This document shows, in pieces, positions 15,254 through 20,188 of a stretch of 20,188 nt of DNA. The DNA is taken from UHGV virus genome UHGV-1754446; one strand, given 5' to 3'. Both the position numbers and the translations under genes were made by a program. The first letter of the stretch is position 1; each line of letters starts with the position of its first letter. Below the pieces are notes generated by a model. The model ran no database searches. It had not been told where the DNA came from and saw nothing but the letters and a program-made list of their open reading frames with translations. Source of the stretch: a virus.

Positions 15254-16155
15254 TGCTTCATATTTTTAAGTTTGTAACTATTCTCATTAAGCCACTTTTG
15301 GAAATACCATAACTGACCGCATCCGCCACCTATATCGTCTTGCCCTGCCGGGTTAAATACTCTCGTATTAAAACCTACGTCATTCATCTTTGAATTAAAG
15401 TCACGGATTAAGTCAAGTTGTCGCTGTATTGATGAATGTACACTTTCATCCTTTTCGCAAATAACAGACAAAGTGACCTCCCATATATCAGGGTTAAATA
15501 ATTCAGAGAGCCTCATAGCATCTTCCATATCATTATTCCCGACATGTACGCAATAATTAAAGAAAGGCTTTCTTCCGACATAAGAAGCCCAAAACTCACC
15601 CGTAGAAGCTATTTGCCGAAGTGTTGACGTATTCGTTGCTATAAGTTTCTTCCTTTTTTCATCTGTACTTTCATGTACTGAAAATTGAAGACCTACTTTA
15701 TCTATTTCTTTCGATAGTGCAATAAAATCAGACATGTATAAATACATCATGTGAGGGGCAGAAGTGCTTACAAGAAGTTGTGCGTTTGGATATTTCACAT
15801 GTAGACTTTCTATTGCAGGCTGCAATGCCGAGTAGTTGTAAAAAGGCTCTCCCATGCTCATAAACATAATTTGGAACTTTTTAATGTCATCAGTGCGGCA
15901 ATCAATAGTAGATAATGCCCCATCAATCTGTTGTATTATTTCGTCAGTAGAAAGATTTCTGACAAAAAATTTGCCTGTTCCGCAGAAAGAACATCCAACT
16001 GGACAACCGCTTTGAACCGAACAACATATAACTGTCCTTTTTTTGTATTCTCCATATCTATAAAGAACAGTTTCAGCAATAGCATTTGGCTTGTCCCACT
16101 CAAACACGAATTTCTTTACATTCGTATCACTTGATTCAAATACTTTTGTTTTCAT
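15250..16155 (-). CDS. Radical-SAM methyltransferase of the RlmN/Cfr family (N-terminally minimal form)
   Basis: RTVICCSVQSGCPVGCSFCGTGKFFVRNLSTDEIIQQI aligns with the E. coli RlmN region [38 protein letters not shown] (CxxxCxxC plus the upstream mechanistic Cys). MFMSMGEP matches VMMGMGEP, STSAP matches STSG, FSVHESTDE matches ISLHAPNDE, and the C-terminal DDIGGGCGQL matches DDIDAACGQL (second catalytic Cys). At 301 aa it lacks the ~80-aa N-terminal domain of RlmN. Confidence 0.88.
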   Translation of the reverse strand: MKTKVFESSDTNVKKFVFEWDKPNAIAETVLYRYGEYKKRTVICCSVQSGCPVGCSFCGTGKFFVRNLSTDEIIQQIDGALSTIDCRTDDIKKFQIMFMSMGEPFYNYSALQPAIESLHVKYPNAQLLVSTSAPHMMYLYMSDFIALSKEIDKVGLQFSVHESTDEKRKKLIATNTSTLRQIASTGEFWASYVGRKPFFNYCVHVGNNDMEDAMRLSELFNPDIWEVTLSVICEKDESVHSSIQRQLDLIRDFNSKMNDVGFNTRVFNPAGQDDIGGGCGQLWYFQKWLNENSYKLKNMKQ

Positions 16156-16361
16156 TTGCCGTATGTTTTTGTTTTCTTGGGTTTGTAACTATCGGTTTCT
16201 TCGTCCCACTCCACGCAGTCGGGGCAGTAGAGTTTGCCGTCGATTTCTTCCCAATCGCACATCTTCGCCATATACCTTGCCATACCTTCACTAAATTCAT
16301 AGCCATGCTTACTTCCGCACCCGTCGCACACGGCTTGGTACATCGTCACTTTCTGTTTCAT
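16152..16361 (-). CDS. Small Zn-ribbon protein (CDGCGS ... CPDC)
   Basis: 69 aa with two CxxC pairs; its stop overlaps the ATG of the radical-SAM gene. Confidence 0.65.
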   Translation of the reverse strand: MKQKVTMYQAVCDGCGSKHGYEFSEGMARYMAKMCDWEEIDGKLYCPDCVEWDEETDSYKPKKTKTYGK

Positions 16362-16363
16362 AA

Positions 16364-16645
16364 TCAGTAATATCTTATTACATCTTGATTCATTAAAGCT
16401 TTCATAAAAGACTCCTTTTCTTCATCTGTGGCTTTCCTTACATTCGCACCCCAACAGAAGTTTCCCCATCCCGTACTTTTCTTGATTATACCGTCATTCC
16501 ATCCAATCAAAATGCCGTATCCGTCACCATCTACATATCCGTTATGGATGAATACCCTTTGATTTTCGGGGTGGTATTTCGCAGATTCTTCATTTGTTGG
16601 AATTCCATATAGGAACTCACCCACGTTATATTCACTTCTTTTCAT
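16364..16645 (-). CDS. Hypothetical protein (93 aa)
   Basis: ORF within the coupled operon. No motif recognised. Confidence 0.65.
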   Translation of the reverse strand: MKRSEYNVGEFLYGIPTNEESAKYHPENQRVFIHNGYVDGDGYGILIGWNDGIIKKSTGWGNFCWGANVRKATDEEKESFMKALMNQDVIRYY

Positions 16646-16848
16646 ATCTTTACATATTGGCTACACGCCTGTTGGTTGCACTTAACTTTCTGTAAACAAT
16701 TGAACGTGCGGTTACTCTTGCGCACACGGCAGTAGGATATTACTTTGCTTCCACATTCCCACCGCTGGCGGTGAATACAAGTGCGGCACGTTTCTAAGGT
16801 TGATTCTTGCGGCTGAATGGTGTCAGCATTGCTAAATAAATCACTCAT
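16642..16848 (-). CDS. Small Cys-rich protein (68 aa)
   Basis: CRTCIHRQRWECGSKVISYCRVRK ... C...C; 4-nt overlaps with both neighbours. Confidence 0.55.
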   Translation of the reverse strand: MSDLFSNADTIQPQESTLETCRTCIHRQRWECGSKVISYCRVRKSNRTFNCLQKVKCNQQACSQYVKI

Positions 16849-17666
16849 AGCAGATCCTTTGCTTCTTCAATCAGGTCACCAAATGTGTCTAAGAACTGGT
16901 CGCGGACTTCGGGGGTGGGGAAAGCCAATATCCGGCTCACCGTCCAATAAGAGTTCTTTTCTTTCTTATTTGCTTTGTAACTAATGCAATATTTCATTTT
17001 ATCATCCGTCCAATACGGCTTCCACCCCAATTGCTTCCACCAGGCGTTGCGGCAGACGAGAAGCTGGCAGAGGGCGAGCATGGGCTTGCCGAGACCTTGC
17101 GGCAACATGTTTCTGTCGCTATCACCAAACAGACGTCCGTCATCGGACAATTCGCTTATACTGCATTTATAAACTTCGCTATCTTCTTCTATCAATTCCA
17201 CGTCATTGATGCTACACAGGCATTTCAGCCACGTCTTGGGCAACCCTTTCTTCTTCTCTTTCAGCACGATGTTGCCTCGTTCGTCCAGGTGGTCGAACTC
17301 CCAGCCGTCGGGGACTGTAATTGTCTTTTCGTTTGTTTCCATATCTTCTTTGTTTTGTTGTTTAACTTCGATGTCTACGGTGTTGTTGACTGCGTTGTAG
17401 TATGCGAACGGTTCTTTGGACAGGACAACAGGGAATTTCACTCCTGCATACCGCTGCACAATGTGGTCGTAAAGAGGGTAAGGGTCGCCGACGGGTTCGA
17501 GCTTCTTGCATTTCGCTTTCACCCAACAATCTCTATTTCCATAGAAACTTGCACAATTTAAATCTTTAAATGATGCACAATCTTTGCAATAATCATACAT
17601 ATCATCTTTCACGCACTGGTACCACTCTCCGTTGTGCTCAAATATCTCTCCTATCTTCCGTTCCAT
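16845..17666 (-). CDS. Hypothetical protein with Cys-rich N-terminus (273 aa)
   Basis: Long ORF; N-terminus CKDCASFKDLNCASFYGNRDCWVKAKC suggests a metal-binding module. No family recognised. Confidence 0.75.
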   Translation of the reverse strand: MERKIGEIFEHNGEWYQCVKDDMYDYCKDCASFKDLNCASFYGNRDCWVKAKCKKLEPVGDPYPLYDHIVQRYAGVKFPVVLSKEPFAYYNAVNNTVDIEVKQQNKEDMETNEKTITVPDGWEFDHLDERGNIVLKEKKKGLPKTWLKCLCSINDVELIEEDSEVYKCSISELSDDGRLFGDSDRNMLPQGLGKPMLALCQLLVCRNAWWKQLGWKPYWTDDKMKYCISYKANKKEKNSYWTVSRILAFPTPEVRDQFLDTFGDLIEEAKDLL

Positions 17667-17668
17667 AG

Positions 17669-18223
17669 CTATTCTTGTTCTTGTTCGTTGTTTTCTTGCT
17701 TGTCATCTTCCTCTTCCTCATTGTCGGACATGAAGTAGGCCACGTCGTCAAAGGGGATGTTCTTGCGCTCCTTTTCGATTTTCACCGCCAAAACATTTTT
17801 GAGGATGAAGTCTTTGAGGTCGGTGTAGTCGGAGGGGATGTAGCCGTTTTCCAAAATACGGATGTAAGCGTCGTCAATGTACTTGTCGATGTCGATGCGC
17901 GGGTGTTCCTCGGCAAGCTCTTTCTTGGCTCGGATAAGGCCGAGCAGGAGGGCATTCTTCTTTGCGCGGTAAGCCTTGTTCTTGGATATGTAGCGTATGT
18001 CTGCTATCTCGCGGTGCGACTCGATGGCGCACTCTATCCTCGCCTCGGATATGGCGCATTTGACACCGCTCTTCTTTTGGAGGTAATAGTGCCAAATTCC
18101 CCTGTCCTTATGCAGGCTTCGGGTGAGCAGCCTCGCACAGGCTATCCGTCCGTTGTGGAAGCGGACGAACAGGTGGTGAGGAAAGTCGCTGTCCGTGAAG
18201 ACTTGTGCCTTTAATTGTTTCAT
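17669..18223 (-). CDS. Hypothetical protein with acidic C-terminal tail (184 aa)
   Basis: Long ORF; the C-terminus SDNEEEEDDKQENNEQEQE is highly acidic. No family recognised. Confidence 0.75.
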   Translation of the reverse strand: MKQLKAQVFTDSDFPHHLFVRFHNGRIACARLLTRSLHKDRGIWHYYLQKKSGVKCAISEARIECAIESHREIADIRYISKNKAYRAKKNALLLGLIRAKKELAEEHPRIDIDKYIDDAYIRILENGYIPSDYTDLKDFILKNVLAVKIEKERKNIPFDDVAYFMSDNEEEEDDKQENNEQEQE

Positions 18224-18225
18224 AG

Positions 18226-18657
18226 CTATTCTGCCTTTGAGTTTTTGAAAATGTCACGTATCTGCCCGGCTACCTTTTCGGCTGCCTCACGGGTGCGGAA
18301 GTAGTTGCCTACGTCATGCAACACCATGTCAGACCGTTCTCCATAGTCCTTATATTGGAGGGTTGTAAAGTCATTGTTCACAATGTAATACAGACCACCT
18401 TTCTCCGCCCTCCACCTCGGCAAGTCCTCGATGCACTTCTTCTCGGCGTTCCACCGCTTGCCCTGTTTGGCGAGAGCGTCGAAGAGGCGTCGCTTCTCTG
18501 CTTCGGTGGCGGGGTGGTAATAGTCGGTATACCCCCAACCTTCCTCACTGAAAACCGTTTGAAGACGTTGCCCGTGAAGTGCTGCGTAAGTCATAATGCC
18601 TCCAATCTTATTAGTCCCGGCATAGATGGCGATTGTATCCATACCGTTAAATTTCAC
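18226..18657 (-). CDS. Hypothetical protein (138-143 aa)
   Basis: Long ORF; start is the GTG at 18657 or the ATG at 18642. No motif recognised. Confidence 0.7.
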   Translation of the reverse strand: MKFNGMDTIAIYAGTNKIGGIMTYAALHGQRLQTVFSEEGWGYTDYYHPATEAEKRRLFDALAKQGKRWNAEKKCIEDLPRWRAEKGGLYYIVNNDFTTLQYKDYGERSDMVLHDVGNYFRTREAAEKVAGQIRDIFKNSKAE

Positions 18658-18808
18658 CGTCTTTCGGCATGTAGCTCTTTACCAATCCAACGGTGACATT
18701 GAGTGTACCGTTGTCAACTTTAGCGTCAATTGTTCCCACTCTCGCGCCTTTCGGCAGCGTAATCCTGTATGTCTTTTTCATTTTCACTATTCTTTTAATT
18801 TACATTAA

Positions 18809-18946
18809 CTAACTATCCCTACCCCACTTCCACGCGGATATAAGGGCTCGGTAGACCATCTGCTTCTCATCCCTGTCGCAGAAGTCGAACGATGCCGCCA
18901 GCTTAACGAGCCACAAGGAAGACGATGGGTGTGCTGTCTGTGTCAT
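18809..18946 (-). CDS. Small ORF (45 aa) with Shine-Dalgarno
   Basis: GGGAGGA lies 9 nt upstream of the ATG at 18946; translation MTQTAHPSSSLWLVKLAASFDFCDRDEKQMVYRALISAWKWGRDS; below the ORF-track cutoff. Confidence 0.25.
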   Translation of the reverse strand: MTQTAHPSSSLWLVKLAASFDFCDRDEKQMVYRALISAWKWGRDS

Positions 18947-18951
18947 GTCAA

Positions 18952-19587
18952 TCAGTCCTCCCTCACTTCTATAGGCTCACCGTCAACTAACTTATACCAA
19001 GTGTCGGACTTTATTGTCTCTCCGTCTACCTTGAATGCCTTGACATCCTTTATAGGATACGTTTCTCCGTTCCAACTGTCACGTTCCGTAAGGACTATCC
19101 AGCAGCCGAGAGCACCTTTCGCCTTGCTGCCCTTGCCTGTCACTATGGCAACAGAATCCTTACCATCAACACTTGCGGCGGAGCAGTCGCCCGTGTTGGT
19201 GGCGGCTGACCAGTCGCCCGTGTTCGATTGTTTATTATCATCCCATTTTACATGGTCCATGATGAACTTGACTCCTGCTTTAATCAGTCCCTGTAAGCCT
19301 ATTTCGGCTTTGATTTTCAAATGGGTACAACATATTTTATCAGGTTTAGACTTGTCAAAATCACCGCTGCCTTCAACTTCACAAAACCTGTTCGGTGTTC
19401 CCGTTTCGTCGCACGGAGCGTAAAAGCCCAGCACATCCATAGGGCATTCGCAATAATGGAAACCGGTATTGCAGGCGACCGCCTTGTCTGTTGAATACTC
19501 CTTGCCGACTTCGTACTGGAAGCCGCGGCACTTCAGGTCTTTGTCAAAACCTTTATAGCCATGAATCGTTTCTGTCTCTTTTTTCAT
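18952..19587 (-). CDS. Hypothetical phage protein with Cys-rich N-terminal domain and TGD[WC]SAA repeats
   Basis: 211 aa; N-terminus YKGFDKDLKCRGFQYEVGKEY ... CNTGFHYCECP; C-terminal half with repeated NTGDWSAA / NTGDCSAA and Gly/Lys-rich stretches. No family recognised. Confidence 0.75.
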   Translation of the reverse strand: MKKETETIHGYKGFDKDLKCRGFQYEVGKEYSTDKAVACNTGFHYCECPMDVLGFYAPCDETGTPNRFCEVEGSGDFDKSKPDKICCTHLKIKAEIGLQGLIKAGVKFIMDHVKWDDNKQSNTGDWSAATNTGDCSAASVDGKDSVAIVTGKGSKAKGALGCWIVLTERDSWNGETYPIKDVKAFKVDGETIKSDTWYKLVDGEPIEVRED

Positions 19588-19599
19588 AGTTTTGAATTT

Positions 19600-19782
19600 T
19601 CATTTGTTACGCAACTGTATGAAGCCGTCGGCTTCGTATTTTTTCAGTTCGGCAAGTCCGTCATCCGTAACGGTGACGATATTCTCTCCGTTTACCGTCA
19701 TGCCTTCTACGATGCCGAACCGCTGCCGGATATTGTCTATGATGCGGGCGTTCTCCGTCACCCAGTAGATTGTAATTCTCAT
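19600..19782 (-). CDS. Small protein (60 aa)
   Basis: ATG 19782 is preceded by AGGAG at 6-nt spacing. The longer ORF-track version from 19890 has an Arg-rich, non-coding-looking N-terminus and overlaps the upstream gene. Confidence 0.5.
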   Translation of the reverse strand: MRITIYWVTENARIIDNIRQRFGIVEGMTVNGENIVTVTDDGLAELKKYEADGFIQLRNK

Positions 19783-19870
19783 ATTGACTCCTGTTCTTCG
19801 TTTTCTACTTGCGCTATCGCGCGGAATATCTCGTAAACAACCTGTGGCACCATTGCGTTGCCCAACGCCT

Positions 19871-20188
19871 TTATGGATTCTGCCCGCCATCGAGGAAAGG
19901 TGATACCAGCCAGTCTGCCGGGAAACCCATCATCTCCTGTACAAACAAGGGATTGAGTCGGGAAGTCGCGCCATCGGCTTGCGGGCAGTTCTTCATAATT
20001 TCCGCCACAAGCCCGTGCCTGTTCTTCTGTGACGGTGGGAATGTGGAGTTTTTCCCGTTGGTCGCCTCCGGTGTCGGAAGCAGTCCGTGGAAATCCATGT
20101 AATCCATCAGACCGTTCGGTCTTGTCTCCCCGTTCGCCCTGCTGTGGAACGTGTCGCCGCCCGCCGCCTTCAAATCCTTTACCCTCCC
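19871..20188 (-). CDS. 3' end of a larger gene continuing beyond the window; C-terminus resembles DNA methyltransferase tails
   Basis: The frame is open from the window edge (20188) down to the stop at 19871; the ORF-track start at 20173 is only an internal TTG. The motifs HGLLPTPEATNGKN and NPLFVQEMMGFPADW resemble the C-terminal region of phage DNA methyltransferases (cf. the GFP motif of C5-MTase motif IX). This is from memory of motifs, with the N-terminal catalytic motifs outside the window. Confidence 0.55.
   Translation of the reverse strand, partial: GRVKDLKAAGGDTFHSRANGETRPNGLMDYMDFHGLLPTPEATNGKNSTFPPSQKNRHGLVAEIMKNCPQADGATSRLNPLFVQEMMGFPADWLVSPFLDGGQNP

Noticed and set aside
17031-18214. 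Plus-strand ORFs 17031..17561 and 17675..18214 (176-179 aa)
   Set aside because: They are antisense to two long minus-strand genes that fit the operon's start-stop coupling pattern; the plus-strand products are Val/Phe-rich repeats typical of the reverse strand of Lys/Glu/Asp-rich genes.
18647-18781. 44-aa minus-strand micro-ORF (MKKTYRITLPKGARVGTIDAKVDNGTLNVTVGLVKSYMPKDGEI) between genes 18226..18657 and 18952..19587
   Set aside because: It has no Shine-Dalgarno and no coupling geometry, and its 3' end overlaps the next gene's start region out of frame; it may be real but support is too weak to list as a feature.
1-20188. tRNA, rRNA, integrase or recombinase, transposase, CRISPR array
   Set aside because: No intergenic region is long enough, or shows the conserved features, for a tRNA or rRNA; no ORF has tyrosine/serine recombinase or transposase motifs (R..H..R..Y, DDE); there are no regularly spaced direct repeats. 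Mobile-element borders are therefore outside this window or absent.

Overview
This window reads as a phage or prophage segment with a mosaic GC profile. The + strand (1 to ~8500) carries late genes: a large tail-fibre/receptor-binding gene interrupted by a frameshift (86-3771), three further tail-fibre/distal-tail genes (3918-5994), a hypothetical gene, and a lysis cassette of three small membrane proteins plus an Amidase_3-type endolysin (6674-8482). Next comes a lower-GC accessory island (~8480-11000) with its own candidate promoter and a clear intrinsic terminator; it holds an unknown ~200-aa protein bracketed by a perfect 15-bp inverted repeat, an HTH_XRE-ImmA/IrrE metallopeptidase fusion, and a signal-peptide protein. 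I consider this island the best candidate for an undescribed system (defence, abortive-infection or toxin-antitoxin-like). The remainder (11000-20188) is a convergently oriented minus-strand operon of tightly packed, often ATGA-overlapping genes: a MazG-like NTP pyrophosphohydrolase, YopX, several Zn-ribbon/Cys-rich small proteins, a PAPS-reductase-like PP-loop enzyme, an N-terminally minimal RlmN/Cfr-like radical-SAM methyltransferase, and a 3'-partial gene at the window edge whose C-terminus resembles DNA methyltransferases. I recognised no rRNA, tRNA, CRISPR array, integrase or transposase. Every functional call is from motif reading of the supplied translations; no database search was run. 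Host is uncertain: a Bacteroides-type -7 box and a catalytic-only amidase hint at a Gram-negative (possibly Bacteroidota) host, but several genes carry strong Shine-Dalgarno sequences.
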